Of a stretch of DNA of 60,482 nucleotides, positions 40,431 to 50,540 are shown in pieces. The notes under the pieces are model-generated. The model was not told the DNA's origin. It saw only the letters and a program-made list of their open reading frames with translations, and made no database searches. Position 1 is the stretch's first letter. The number at the start of each line of letters is the position of its first letter. The position numbers were made by a program, and so were the translations under genes. This DNA comes from an uncultured Candidatus Peribacteria bacterium (GTDB lineage Bacteria > Patescibacteriota > Gracilibacteria > Peribacterales > Peribacteraceae). The stretch covers positions 1 through 60,482 of the forward strand of contig CAYUWH010000003.1 in assembly GCA_964448615.1 (NCBI GenBank). The letters are read 5' to 3'.

Positions 40431-42251
40431 TTATGCGGCGTCATACACCGTATCAAACCACGCAGCGAGCTGCAGGAGCGAGGAGAGGATATGCAGGTGA
40501 TAGGCCTTCTTGGTTTTGTGTTCTTCAAACAATCTTCGCAGATGATCGACATCGAAGAGTTCTGCGATACGCGGATGTTCCAGCATGCGTTCAATCAATG
40601 GACTTGCTTCGCGGCGGATCCACTTCGCGAGCGGGGGATAGAAGCTTGCTTTGGGCAGTGTAAACAGATGATCCGGCAGAATGCCGCGATACGTATCTTT
40701 CAAGAGTGCCTTCGTGCGGCGTGGCCCGACGTGCCAGTGTGCATTCGTTCCCTGCGACGCTGCGATAATACGTGGATCGAGGAAAGGAAGACGGCCTTCG
40801 ACGCCGTGGCCCATGGTTGTTGCATCGGTAAGGCGCAATGATTCATCCACCAGCCAAAGTCCGCGATCGAAATCCATGAAGGCGCGAAGCGGATCATTAC
40901 TCTTGAGTGCTGCGAAGCGTTCTTCAAACAGTGTGGTCGTCGCATCAGATTCAAACCACTCTCCGCGCGCGGCAGAAGTAATTTCTTCCGCAGGGCGTGC
41001 GAGCAGGCGTTCTGCGAGTGCAGGTCCGGGTTGCATGCCTAGCACATCAGACGGATAGCCGAAGGCCGAGGCGGCGAGAGAGCGCACGGCCGCCGGCGCA
41101 AACCGCAGCATCTCCAAAATTCGTGCGATGCGATAGCGCGGATACCCGCCGAACAGTTCATCACCACCCGCTCCGGTCAGCACCACATCCGCGCGTTTTT
41201 TCGCGACACTGGAGAGCAAGAACTGCGCCGTCGAGACGGCGTCGGCATTCGGCTGATCCAATGCACGGGCAGTATCCCAGTACAGATTTTTACAATCCTC
41301 CGCGGTCAGCATGACTTCCGTGTGATCGGTGCCATAGTGCTTCGCGGTCATCTTCGCCAAATCGGCATCAGTATTGAAACGCTTCGCACCCTCCTCTTCT
41401 GTTGCTTCAAAGCGCACCGTGAATGTCTTCACGGGTGGCTGCGCGTGCGTGACCATGTGATGCAGCACGATCGACGAATCCATCCCGCCGCTGAGATAAA
41501 TGCCAACTGGTTTATCTGAAACCAAATGATCGCGAACGGCGATATCCATCATCGCGGGGAAGCGTTCTTTAAAGTCTTGCTTGGAAGAAAACTTCACGGC
41601 TTCTACGTCCGTCACAAAGGTTTCGCGCGTTTCCTTCCCTTCTTTCCAGGTAAGCAATGTCCCCGGTGCCAGCGATTCGATTCCTTCGCAGAGCGTGTGC
41701 GGCCCCGGCACGTACTGCAAGCGCAAATACTGCGAGAGTGCCTTCATGTTGAGCGCAGGCTTTTTCGGAAGAAATCGCATCAGTGAGCGCATTTCAGAGG
41801 CAAAGTGCAGCTTGCCGTTGGGGTAACTGAGGAAAAACGGCTTGATGCCATTCGTATCGCGCGCGATGGTCCAGGTTTTTGTGTTCAGATCAAAGAGCGC
41901 AAAGGCGAACATGCCGATCAAATGTTTTACAAAGTGTTTGCCGTGTAATGCATAGAGCTTCAGCAACACTTCCGTATCGGTTCCTGTTTTGCACTGCAGC
42001 CTGAAACGTTCTTTGAGTTCGCGATAGTTGAAGATCTCGCCGTTATAGACAATCACGGCGCTGCGATCGTCATTCCACATCGGCTGATCGCCTTCGGGGC
42101 GCGGATCGAGAATCGCAAGGCGCGCATGTCCGAGTGAAATCCCGTTCCCCACGAAAATCGCGTTTCCATCCGGACCGCGGTGAACGAGCGCATTCGTCAT
42201 GCGCTCCATCATCTCCTTGTTTTCGCCTGCGAATCCCGCGATACCGCACAT
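40431..42251 (-). CDS. asnB: asparagine synthase (glutamine-hydrolysing)
   Basis: MCGIAGF N-terminal nucleophile (start set there, 606 aa). GIYLSGGMDSS is the PP-loop. Confidence 0.9.
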   Translation of the reverse strand: MCGIAGFAGENKEMMERMTNALVHRGPDGNAIFVGNGISLGHARLAILDPRPEGDQPMWNDDRSAVIVYNGEIFNYRELKERFRLQCKTGTDTEVLLKLYALHGKHFVKHLIGMFAFALFDLNTKTWTIARDTNGIKPFFLSYPNGKLHFASEMRSLMRFLPKKPALNMKALSQYLRLQYVPGPHTLCEGIESLAPGTLLTWKEGKETRETFVTDVEAVKFSSKQDFKERFPAMMDIAVRDHLVSDKPVGIYLSGGMDSSIVLHHMVTHAQPPVKTFTVRFEATEEEGAKRFNTDADLAKMTAKHYGTDHTEVMLTAEDCKNLYWDTARALDQPNADAVSTAQFLLSSVAKKRADVVLTGAGGDELFGGYPRYRIARILEMLRFAPAAVRSLAASAFGYPSDVLGMQPGPALAERLLARPAEEITSAARGEWFESDATTTLFEERFAALKSNDPLRAFMDFDRGLWLVDESLRLTDATTMGHGVEGRLPFLDPRIIAASQGTNAHWHVGPRRTKALLKDTYRGILPDHLFTLPKASFYPPLAKWIRREASPLIERMLEHPRIAELFDVDHLRRLFEEHKTKKAYHLHILSSLLQLAAWFDTVYDAA

Positions 42252-42294
42252 GTCTGTAGTATAACCATTCTCCACGAAGGAGACACTGCATGAC

Positions 42295-44136
42295 TCACAA
42301 GAATTTCTGATCCTCCCAGAGTCGGAAAAATGCCTGTTTTCTCTCAAGAAGTTCCTGCAATGTTCCCTCTTCAATGATGCGTCCCTGTTCCAGGACCACG
42401 ATTTTATCCGCGTGACGGATGGTCGAGAGACGATGAGCGATGACAATGGAAGTACGGTCGCGTATTGCGCAATCGATCGCTTCCTGGATCATTTTCTCAG
42501 TGTGGCTGTCGAGCGCGCTCGTTGCCTCATCTAAGATGAGGATATCTGCTTGCTTCAAGAGCGCCCGCGCGATGCTCACACGCTGCTTCTCCCCTCCTGA
42601 AAGCTTGATGCCGCGATCGCCGATCAGAGTATCAACCCCCTGCGGAAGTTGAGCCACAAAATCCGTTAGTCGTGCCTGTTCAATCGCTCTATTCAGGGCT
42701 TCTTCCGATACCTGGTCGAGGCCATAGGTGATGTTGTATCTCAGGGTGTCATGCAAAAGTAATGTTTCCTGGCTTACTAATGCCATATGTGCATGCAGTG
42801 AAGAGAAAGTGAAAGACCGAATGTCTGTTCCATCGAGAAAGAGCGTCCCAGGAGAGCAATCGTAAAACCGCATGATCAGATGTATGAGGGTTGACTTGCC
42901 CGATCCCGTAGGGCCGACGATTGCAACCATCTTCCCCTGGGGAATAGTGAAGGAGATGTCCGTCAACACTTCCCCTCGATTCGGATAGTGAAAGGAAAGG
43001 TGACGCAATTCAATGCCTTGCTTCAGTTGATGGAACGTGCGTTTCCCCTCAGGGAAAAAAAACTTATCGTCATCGCGGAAGACGTTGATAAGCTCGTCTA
43101 CCGGCCCGGTGGCATTCGCGAGCGTGCCGCGGAAATTCATGAGACTTCCAAATTTATTGGAGGTGTTAAGGACAAGATAGAAGTAGACCAGAAACGACAA
43201 TGAAGAAGATGTTTTCTCGTGGACGGAGAAGTAAAACATGCCCAAAAACAGTATAATCACCGCCAAGAGCGTTATCATCTCATTGAATGGAGGGACGATT
43301 TCCCGCAAGCGCGATGCGCGAAAATCCAGTTGAGACTTGTTATCGCTGATGCGTGAGAAGCGAGCCACCTCCTGATGTTCGGCGCTGTATGCTTTGACGA
43401 GCGGAATCGTAGAGAGAATTTCGACAGTCTTCTTACCCAGTGCGCTGCCTTGCGTAGTGATTGCCTTTGAAATGCGACCGATCTCACGGATCACATGCCG
43501 CACGGAGAAGTGTAGAATCGCAAACATTGGCAGCGCGAAGGCCGTAAGTTTCCAAGAAATGATAGACATGATAATCAAATAGACGATCAGAGAGAGAATA
43601 TTGTTGACGAATACACTCACTGTCTGCAGAGGCCAGAGCGCCATTTCCGGAAACTGCATGAGCACCGTGGAATTATGGCCGACGTTCGTGCTGTCGAAGT
43701 ACAGCTTTCCGAAGCGCAAGTATCGGGAGAAAATGGTCTTGCGCAGATAATGGAGTGTCCGGGAATTGAAGTAGGCAGTACTTACGATCGAGAGATAGCG
43801 CAGTACATTCTTCAGGAGCACCGCTGTTACGAAAATCGAGAGTAGAATGCCGAAGAGCATCCTGTCGTCTTGCAGTATCTGAGGCGGCAATAAGGCAATG
43901 ACATACTTCAGGCCAGGGATGAGGGTGATAAAACTAAAATCGTGATTGAGAAATCCTTGTAGAATCGGAATAAGTAAGCCCAAACTCATTCCCTCGAACA
44001 TGGCAGACAAGAGTGATAGGAAGAGTGGGATGGCAAGATAAATCGGCGGAATATTAATTCCTTTGAGCAAAGAGAGAATTTTGCCGAGAACAGGGACATA
44101 CCGAAATGGATTCTTCACAGCGATAGTATAGAGCAT
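42295..44136 (-). CDS. ABC exporter, fused permease + ATPase (MsbA-like)
   Basis: 613 aa with six N-terminal TM helices. Walker A GPTGSGKST, signature LSGGEKQR, Walker B ILILDEATSALD. Confidence 0.9.
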   Translation of the reverse strand: MLYTIAVKNPFRYVPVLGKILSLLKGINIPPIYLAIPLFLSLLSAMFEGMSLGLLIPILQGFLNHDFSFITLIPGLKYVIALLPPQILQDDRMLFGILLSIFVTAVLLKNVLRYLSIVSTAYFNSRTLHYLRKTIFSRYLRFGKLYFDSTNVGHNSTVLMQFPEMALWPLQTVSVFVNNILSLIVYLIIMSIISWKLTAFALPMFAILHFSVRHVIREIGRISKAITTQGSALGKKTVEILSTIPLVKAYSAEHQEVARFSRISDNKSQLDFRASRLREIVPPFNEMITLLAVIILFLGMFYFSVHEKTSSSLSFLVYFYLVLNTSNKFGSLMNFRGTLANATGPVDELINVFRDDDKFFFPEGKRTFHQLKQGIELRHLSFHYPNRGEVLTDISFTIPQGKMVAIVGPTGSGKSTLIHLIMRFYDCSPGTLFLDGTDIRSFTFSSLHAHMALVSQETLLLHDTLRYNITYGLDQVSEEALNRAIEQARLTDFVAQLPQGVDTLIGDRGIKLSGGEKQRVSIARALLKQADILILDEATSALDSHTEKMIQEAIDCAIRDRTSIVIAHRLSTIRHADKIVVLEQGRIIEEGTLQELLERKQAFFRLWEDQKFL

Positions 44137-44186
44137 ATTAACGCAGAATCGAAAAATATCTCATCTGGATAGGAATATTTGCGCGA

Positions 44187-44852
44187 TCATATTGCTTCCG
44201 CCAGAAGGCGTTCTCCCGTGGGTGGGAGCTCGCGGATGACGCGCGCAGGAATGCCAGCAGCTATGACCATAGAAGGAATTGATTTCGTAACGACGCTCTT
44301 TGCGCCAATGACCGAGCCATGCCCAATCGTGACGCCCGGCATCACGATCGCATCGACGCCAATCCACACGTCATCTTCTATGAGAATAGGGGAGGGAGGA
44401 TCATCCGGGCTGAAACGTCGCGGCACTACCTCGACGGGGTGTTGGTGCGTATCCATAATCCTTGTGCCGGCGCCGATCATCACGCGCTTCCCGATGTCGA
44501 TACGTTCGGTGGCGAACATCGCTGTGCCGTTGATAGCACAATCATCTCCAATGGTGATAATGCCCTTCTTTGTTGTTCCGAGGATGCAGCGGAATGGTTG
44601 TCCCATACGGTAAAAATTGGCGAGAGAATTCATCATGACGCGTTCGCCCAACCGAACTGTTCCTTCCAATTTCCAAAGAGATGGCAAGCCAAAAATCAAA
44701 CAGGAAGAAGGGACGGTGCAGCCAAAGAGACGCATCCAGGTCCGCGCCGGTCCGCACCAGAAGCGCGTACGACGAACGAATACCCACCGCTTAGCCCAGC
44801 GCTGGAAGAAGGTCATGACTAGCAGTGTATCAGCGCCTTTGTGGCCATACAA
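44187..44852 (-). CDS. left-handed beta-helix (hexapeptide) acetyltransferase
   Basis: IGDDCAINGTAMF, IGKRVMIGAGTRI and IEDDVWIGVDAIVMPGVTIGHGSVIGAKSVV are hexapeptide repeats. Confidence 0.8.
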   Translation of the reverse strand: MYGHKGADTLLVMTFFQRWAKRWVFVRRTRFWCGPARTWMRLFGCTVPSSCLIFGLPSLWKLEGTVRLGERVMMNSLANFYRMGQPFRCILGTTKKGIITIGDDCAINGTAMFATERIDIGKRVMIGAGTRIMDTHQHPVEVVPRRFSPDDPPSPILIEDDVWIGVDAIVMPGVTIGHGSVIGAKSVVTKSIPSMVIAAGIPARVIRELPPTGERLLAEAI

Positions 44853-44884
44853 TTTGAAAACTATACGGGATTCGCTATACTTTT

Positions 44885-46057
44885 TTGGTGCGCTTTCTGT
44901 TTCTCTATGACAATTTTGGTGGCAGAAGTTGGGTGGCGCGACTCATTGCGGACGTTGCGGTGGCATTAGTGGAGCGGGGTCATGATGTCACAATCCTGAC
45001 GGCGATGGGGGATCAGGATTATCTTAAACCATTGGGTGTTCGTGTGGTGAGCCTTTTTCCGCGTACGATGCGCTGGGCGCATTATCGCAGCGTATTCTCT
45101 CGATCCCGTGCTCGTGAAGTGTTGGGAGTGATCAATAGGATTCAACCGGATGTGATCCATGGACATCTTCTTTCGTGGCAACTTGGATTTCTCTGGATCC
45201 ACGAGGCCGTTCGACGCGGCATTCCCGTTTTTTTCACATGTCACTCTTCTATTCTCATTGCTTATGGCAAAGTCATGGGAACAGAGCGATCATTGATGTG
45301 GCGGGATCTATGGCGCATGCGATGGCAGTGGAATCCGCTACGCAATATCTTGATTCGTCGCGCGCTCCGCAAAACGCACATACTCTACGTCAGCAGTGCG
45401 CTCCAATCTTTTTTCATGATGCATGGATACCCGGAGGGCACTGTGCTGCACAATGGGATCGACGTGCAGTTCTGGAAGCCAGGTGATAAAGCTTCCGCTC
45501 GTTCGCAGCGGAATTTGCCAACGGATGTGCCGCTCTTTCTCTTTGCGGGGCGCTTAGGGGCCGATAAGGGCATGGATTTTCTTTGGAAGGTATGGCAGCA
45601 ATTACGAGGAGATCCTCACCTCCTTCTTGCAGGTGTCCTATCCATTTCGGTACCGGCACATCTTCAAGAAAAGGTGCATCTTTTTCCCGACCAATCACGA
45701 GAGGACTTGCGTGCACTCTACAGGGCGGCCGACGCAATACTGGTTCCTTCCCAGTATCTCGATCCGTTTCCGACTGTTTGCCTTGAATCTCTTTCATGCG
45801 GCCGGCCGGTCCTGGCTACTTCTCTCGGCGGAGTGCAAGAAGCAATAGCGGACGGGGTAGGCTGGATACTGGATGTGACGAATGCTGAGGTATGGCGTGA
45901 GCGTATCCAATGGTGCATCGATCACCGCGCTGCATTACAGGGCATGGGGACGAATGCGCGAGGCCATGCCGAAGCACGTTTTTCGCTGGAATTACATGTC
46001 GATATCTTGCTGACGTTTTACAGAAACGCGCTGTCGCAATGCTCGTATCGAGCGTGA
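44885..46057 (+). CDS. family 4 (GT-B) glycosyltransferase
   Basis: TTG/GTG start. VPSQYLDPFPTVCLESLSCGRPVLATSLGGVQEAIADGVGWIL. Confidence 0.75.
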   Translation: MVRFLFLYDNFGGRSWVARLIADVAVALVERGHDVTILTAMGDQDYLKPLGVRVVSLFPRTMRWAHYRSVFSRSRAREVLGVINRIQPDVIHGHLLSWQLGFLWIHEAVRRGIPVFFTCHSSILIAYGKVMGTERSLMWRDLWRMRWQWNPLRNILIRRALRKTHILYVSSALQSFFMMHGYPEGTVLHNGIDVQFWKPGDKASARSQRNLPTDVPLFLFAGRLGADKGMDFLWKVWQQLRGDPHLLLAGVLSISVPAHLQEKVHLFPDQSREDLRALYRAADAILVPSQYLDPFPTVCLESLSCGRPVLATSLGGVQEAIADGVGWILDVTNAEVWRERIQWCIDHRAALQGMGTNARGHAEARFSLELHVDILLTFYRNALSQCSYRA

Positions 46058-46096
46058 TCTCTGCAAAAGCATTTTTGATTCTATGCTACACTTCGC

Positions 46097-46957
46097 ATGG
46101 TTCCCCGCAGATTATCTCATCTTATATATACATTCCAAAATCTTCATCGGGTCAGCGCCGATGCTTGGCGTTATCTGCGGAAGCAGGGAGCTGCAAAATT
46201 CTTGCTGCGAGTACTAAGCGCATTGTTCTTCTCTGTGCGACAGGGGTGGCAGCATGTGGTTGGACGTCTTGTGGAACTCCGAGGTAATCAATGCATGATT
46301 GACGGCCTTCATTTCTCGGTCGATAACCCGGCGATTGCAGCTCGGCTCAAGAGTCATTTTTTCTGGAAGACCTACGAGCTTTCCGAGCGAAAACTTGTAA
46401 AAAGACATATTCCTCAGAACATACCGATCATCGAAGGTGGTGCTTCTATCGGTGTTATTGCTTGCATCACGAACATTCTGCTACAAGAACCCGAAAAACA
46501 TCTTGTCATAGAAGCGAATCCTCAACTCCTGCCACTCCTTACTGAGAACCGCGATCGTAATGGTTGCCGCTTTCAAATCCTCCATGCTGCCCTCGCTGAG
46601 TCGGGCTCTACCGTATCCTTCTATCTTAGCGAAAAATTCGTGAGTGGAAGCGTGCAACGACCCACAGGCAAGATGATAACGGTGAGAGCGGTTACGCTCC
46701 GAGAATTACTCGCGCGGACAGGATGGAACATATTCTCTCTGATTCTCGATATCGAGGGGGGAGAGCTCGATATCATATTCCATGAAGGGGATATCCTTCA
46801 GAAGCATGTAGCAGTTCTCATCATGGAAATGCATCCCGTGATCTCCAAGCCACCGGAGATCGAGTTCGCCCTGCGGACGCTCGAGCAACTTGGCTTTGTC
46901 TTACAGGAGCGTCAACTCGATGTTTATGTCTACAAAAACTCCCATCTACCATCCTAA
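46097..46957 (+). CDS. FkbM family methyltransferase
   Basis: IIEGGASIGVIA (glycine-rich SAM motif) and LILDIEGGELDI are typical FkbM patterns. Confidence 0.7.
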   Translation: MVPRRLSHLIYTFQNLHRVSADAWRYLRKQGAAKFLLRVLSALFFSVRQGWQHVVGRLVELRGNQCMIDGLHFSVDNPAIAARLKSHFFWKTYELSERKLVKRHIPQNIPIIEGGASIGVIACITNILLQEPEKHLVIEANPQLLPLLTENRDRNGCRFQILHAALAESGSTVSFYLSEKFVSGSVQRPTGKMITVRAVTLRELLARTGWNIFSLILDIEGGELDIIFHEGDILQKHVAVLIMEMHPVISKPPEIEFALRTLEQLGFVLQERQLDVYVYKNSHLPS

Positions 46958-48178
46958 TGGAGGCGCTCCTTGTTGGAGTACCTGCTTGACAGCATCCCCC
47001 ACAATCTTCTTCACCGTCTCTTCCTCAAACAACGCCTTGGCTTTGGTGTATGCAGCATCCGCTTGAGTCTGTCGTTTCTGCACATCTTGCAGCAGTAACA
47101 GATAATTCACATATTCATCCGGCGTCTTTGCCAAGAGCACTTCTTTTCCTGGCACAAAGTCGTAGCCGTTCGTTTTGGTGGTGATGAGTGGCAGGCTACG
47201 GCACAGTGGCTCAAAGACTTTTTGCTGCATGCCATGTCCGGAAATCCAGGGACATACGGCGATATCCATCGTTGCCAAGAATGCTCCAATATCCGGCACA
47301 AATCCGGTTACATGTACATCATCGCCAAGTTTGGCGCGCTCTTTCTCCGGGAATTTACTGCCCGTGAGATGAAAGCGGAACTTTCCCGGCGCGCGTTTGC
47401 GAACGCAGGGGATAATTTCGTTGAGCAAGAAACGCAGAGCATCGCGATTATGTCCCATGTTGTAGTTTGAGCTTAGGAACACCACATCGAGTACGTCTTT
47501 CGCTTCATGCTTCTTTTGCGCAAAGCAGCGCGAGAGTCCGCGTAACGGGAGCGTGCCTGCCTGCTTCGCGCCAAAGCTGCGATACCACCGCTCCTCTACT
47601 GGCGTGATCCCGAAGATAAAATTGCTTTCTCTCGCAGCGATTCGTTCCCCCGGATATTTAGGGAGAGATTTAAGAATTGAGATCAAGCTCCAGCCATTTT
47701 CATCGCGACAGTTCGCAGGTTCATTCAGCGAAGACTTCATGATCGTTTGGATCCCGAACGGTTTGAGCAAGCGAAGAAGTGGCCAGAGTGGCGTGTACTC
47801 GATCCACGCGAGGTCAGGCTTAAACGAAGTCACGAGATCGCAAACGATCTGTTCGTATTGAGGTTCGGTGTATTCCAGTGCAGCACCATCGAGCAGGGCA
47901 GGCGTGCGCAAAATTCGTGATAAGCGTTTCAACAAGAGCGATTTCATGCTCGTCGCATACGGCACGAGCGTGAGAGGAATCCCTTCTTTTGCATACACAT
48001 CTTCAATCTCCTGGCGTGGTTGCCATGCATGAATTTTTGCCACCACGTGAATGTCATACCCGAGCGCTTGTATTTGTTTAAGCCCATAAAACCGATCCTG
48101 CTGGCACGCGCCCGTGATGGGATACGGCACCCAAGGAGTTAGGACGAGAATGCGCGGGGCTGACATGAGTTCAAGCAT
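46946..48178 (-). CDS. GT-B glycosyltransferase (GT1/GT4-like)
   Basis: 410 aa in two Rossmann-like halves. HVTGFVPDIGAFLATMDIAVCPWISGHGMQQKVFEPLCRSLPLITT. Confidence 0.6.
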   Translation of the reverse strand: MLELMSAPRILVLTPWVPYPITGACQQDRFYGLKQIQALGYDIHVVAKIHAWQPRQEIEDVYAKEGIPLTLVPYATSMKSLLLKRLSRILRTPALLDGAALEYTEPQYEQIVCDLVTSFKPDLAWIEYTPLWPLLRLLKPFGIQTIMKSSLNEPANCRDENGWSLISILKSLPKYPGERIAARESNFIFGITPVEERWYRSFGAKQAGTLPLRGLSRCFAQKKHEAKDVLDVVFLSSNYNMGHNRDALRFLLNEIIPCVRKRAPGKFRFHLTGSKFPEKERAKLGDDVHVTGFVPDIGAFLATMDIAVCPWISGHGMQQKVFEPLCRSLPLITTKTNGYDFVPGKEVLLAKTPDEYVNYLLLLQDVQKRQTQADAAYTKAKALFEEETVKKIVGDAVKQVLQQGAPPLGW

Positions 48179-48309
48179 AGCAGGAGTTTCATAGGCTCCG
48201 CGATGTAAATAGGTTATTCTGCTGAGGCATGTTCTGAATTATGCTCTCAATCTCTAGGTTTGTGTTTCATATTTCTCCCCTTACCCGGAGTCCGCTCAAT
48301 ACGCATACT

Positions 48310-49257
48310 ATGAATACCCTCGTTCCATTGCCACTCGTAACATTAGGAGTCGCAGTCTACAACGAGGCTGAATTTTTAGCGGAGTGTTTAGAGAATCTTC
48401 TGAAGCAGTCCTATCCCCATCTTGAAATTCTGATCGCGGATAACGGCAGCACTGATGGCACCTCGGAAATCTGCGCGGCGTTTGCAGCCAAACATCCAAG
48501 CATCAAGCATGTCCGTCATCCAGAGAACTTGGGCCAACAGCAGAATTTTAACTTCTTGCCGCGCCATGCGACGGGCACGTACTTCTGCTGGGTTTCGGGG
48601 CATGATTTGCTTGATGAGCATTTTGTGAAGAATAGCGTTGAGGTGCTGGAGAGTGATCCTGGAATCGTGCTTGCCTATCCGAGAACGATTTATATGACGA
48701 AAGAGGGAAGAATCGTAGGCGAGAAAGCGCGCATGCCCTTCGACATTCGCACACTGTCCTCTGCAAAGCGGTTCCGGGAGACGATGTGGCGCGTCGATTG
48801 CAACTACACCTACGGCATGTTCCGCCTGAAGCCGATGCTCGAGAGCCATCTCTTCCAGCCATTCCCCGCTGCTGACCGTGTATTCCTCGCAGAAATAGCT
48901 GTGAAGGGTGTGTTTGCACCTTCAGGTGCTTGGAAATACTATCGTGATAATCGTGGCATGCGACAGACCGAGATTGAGAAACGACACCGCCTCATGCGGT
49001 ATATTGATCCCAAGCGTACGTATACCGATGCTGAACTGAGTGGGAATTCGTTCTATGCGCCGACCATCGCGGGATTCCGACGAATTGTGAAAGAGGGACC
49101 GTTTCAGGGATGGACGCGCCTTTCTCTGTTGTGGTCGGTTTGGCTGTGCGGGGTGATCAAATGTCATCTGTTCCCGGGTGCGGATCTTGCGAGCGCCATT
49201 GTCAAAAAATTGCTTCCAGCTCATGCATTGCGCTGGGTGATGCAGCGGATTCAGTAG
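48310..49257 (+). CDS. family 2 glycosyltransferase
   Basis: VTLGVAVYNEAEFLAECLENLLKQSY and ILIADNGSTDGTSEI. Start set at the Met of MNTLVPL; the track ORF opens at 48241. Confidence 0.8.
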   Translation: MNTLVPLPLVTLGVAVYNEAEFLAECLENLLKQSYPHLEILIADNGSTDGTSEICAAFAAKHPSIKHVRHPENLGQQQNFNFLPRHATGTYFCWVSGHDLLDEHFVKNSVEVLESDPGIVLAYPRTIYMTKEGRIVGEKARMPFDIRTLSSAKRFRETMWRVDCNYTYGMFRLKPMLESHLFQPFPAADRVFLAEIAVKGVFAPSGAWKYYRDNRGMRQTEIEKRHRLMRYIDPKRTYTDAELSGNSFYAPTIAGFRRIVKEGPFQGWTRLSLLWSVWLCGVIKCHLFPGADLASAIVKKLLPAHALRWVMQRIQ

Positions 49258-49335
49258 TATTTCGTATATGGTATTTAGGGTTACATTGTGACCTATACAA
49301 AATACTAAATACTAGATACTCAGTACTCATCCAGG
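49252..49335. repeat. word-built imperfect inverted repeat (GTAT/TATTTAG words)
   Basis: AGTATTTCGTATATGGTATTTAGG faces CCTATACAAAATACTAAATACTAGATACTCAGTACTCA. GTATTTAG/CTAAATAC and TATAGG/CCTATA are exact complements. Confidence 0.55.
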
Positions 49336-49347
49336 TACCATGCAGCC

Positions 49348-50526
49348 ATGCGCAAAAGCCGTATTCCGCTCATGAGCTCGACGTTTTTTGATGAGGAACG
49401 CACGCGTGAACAACTCGCGGAATTCGTCAAAAAAACATCACGATTGAGTTTGAGCGAACATTGCGCGAAATTTGAGCAGGAGTTTGCGGTCTATCAGCAG
49501 CGCAACTATGCAGTGTTAGTGGGAAACGGAAGTTTGGCGAATCTCGGACTCATTCAAGCGTTGATCAATTTGGGAACACTCAAAAAAGGGGATCGCGTGG
49601 GAGTCTCGGCCGTGACGTGGGCCACGAACGTCATGCCGCTCCTGCAGCTCGGTTTGGTGCCGGTTGCGATCGATTGTGAGATTGAGCATCTCAACGTCTC
49701 TGCCGCAACACTCGAGCAACACATTGAAGAGCTTGATGGTTTTTTCCTGACCAACGCGCTCGGGTTCTGCGGCGACATCGATGCGATTCGTGATCTGTGT
49801 GCGAAGCATGATGTGGTCTTCATCGAAGATAACTGTGAATCGTTGGGAAGCCGCTATAAAGGTACGCTTCTCGGGAATTTTGGCCTTGCATCGACGTTCT
49901 CGTTCTTCGTCGGGCATCATCTTTCCACCATCGAAGGCGGCATGATTTGCACGGATGACGAAGAGCTGTACCACATGTTGCTCATGGTCCGATCACACGG
50001 GTGGGATCGTAATCTTCCCGCTGCTACACAGCAAACACTCCGTGCGGCACACGGGATCGATGACTTCCATGCGAAGTACATGTTCTACCAATCCGCGTAC
50101 AATATTCGCCCCACTGAGATCACCGGCTTCCTTGGTTCGCTCCAGCTTCCGTTGCTTGAAGACACGATCAAGAGGCGCGAAAAGAACTTCGAGAAATTCC
50201 ACGCATCCCTCCGCAAGCGTCCTGATCTGTATTACCAGATGAAGATCGATCACATCGAACGGATTTCAAATTTCGCAATGCCGATCGTCACCAAATCCGC
50301 CGAGATTCTGCAAGAGGCGATCAAGCGCTATGACGCGGAAGGCGTGGAAATTCGCCCTGTCATTGCGGGAGACATCACCGCGCATCCGTTCTGGAAGAAG
50401 GAGTTGCCCGCGGCGCGATGCGAGAATGCCGCGCTGATTCATTCACAGGGATTCTATTTCCCGAACAATTCGGATCTCACAACCGAAGACATTGATCTCC
50501 TGTGTCGTTTGCTCGAGGCTGCTTAA
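49348..50526 (+). CDS. DegT-family PLP enzyme with His in place of the catalytic Lys (ColD/E1-like sugar 3-dehydratase candidate)
   Basis: 392 aa. FSFFVGHHLSTIEGG aligns to FSFYPGKNLGAYGEAG (34254-35351) and FSFYANKIISTGEGG (52717-53838), so the Schiff-base Lys is replaced by His. Confidence 0.6.
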   Translation: MRKSRIPLMSSTFFDEERTREQLAEFVKKTSRLSLSEHCAKFEQEFAVYQQRNYAVLVGNGSLANLGLIQALINLGTLKKGDRVGVSAVTWATNVMPLLQLGLVPVAIDCEIEHLNVSAATLEQHIEELDGFFLTNALGFCGDIDAIRDLCAKHDVVFIEDNCESLGSRYKGTLLGNFGLASTFSFFVGHHLSTIEGGMICTDDEELYHMLLMVRSHGWDRNLPAATQQTLRAAHGIDDFHAKYMFYQSAYNIRPTEITGFLGSLQLPLLEDTIKRREKNFEKFHASLRKRPDLYYQMKIDHIERISNFAMPIVTKSAEILQEAIKRYDAEGVEIRPVIAGDITAHPFWKKELPAARCENAALIHSQGFYFPNNSDLTTEDIDLLCRLLEAA

Positions 50527-50540
50527 TTTTTTTCGCGTGT

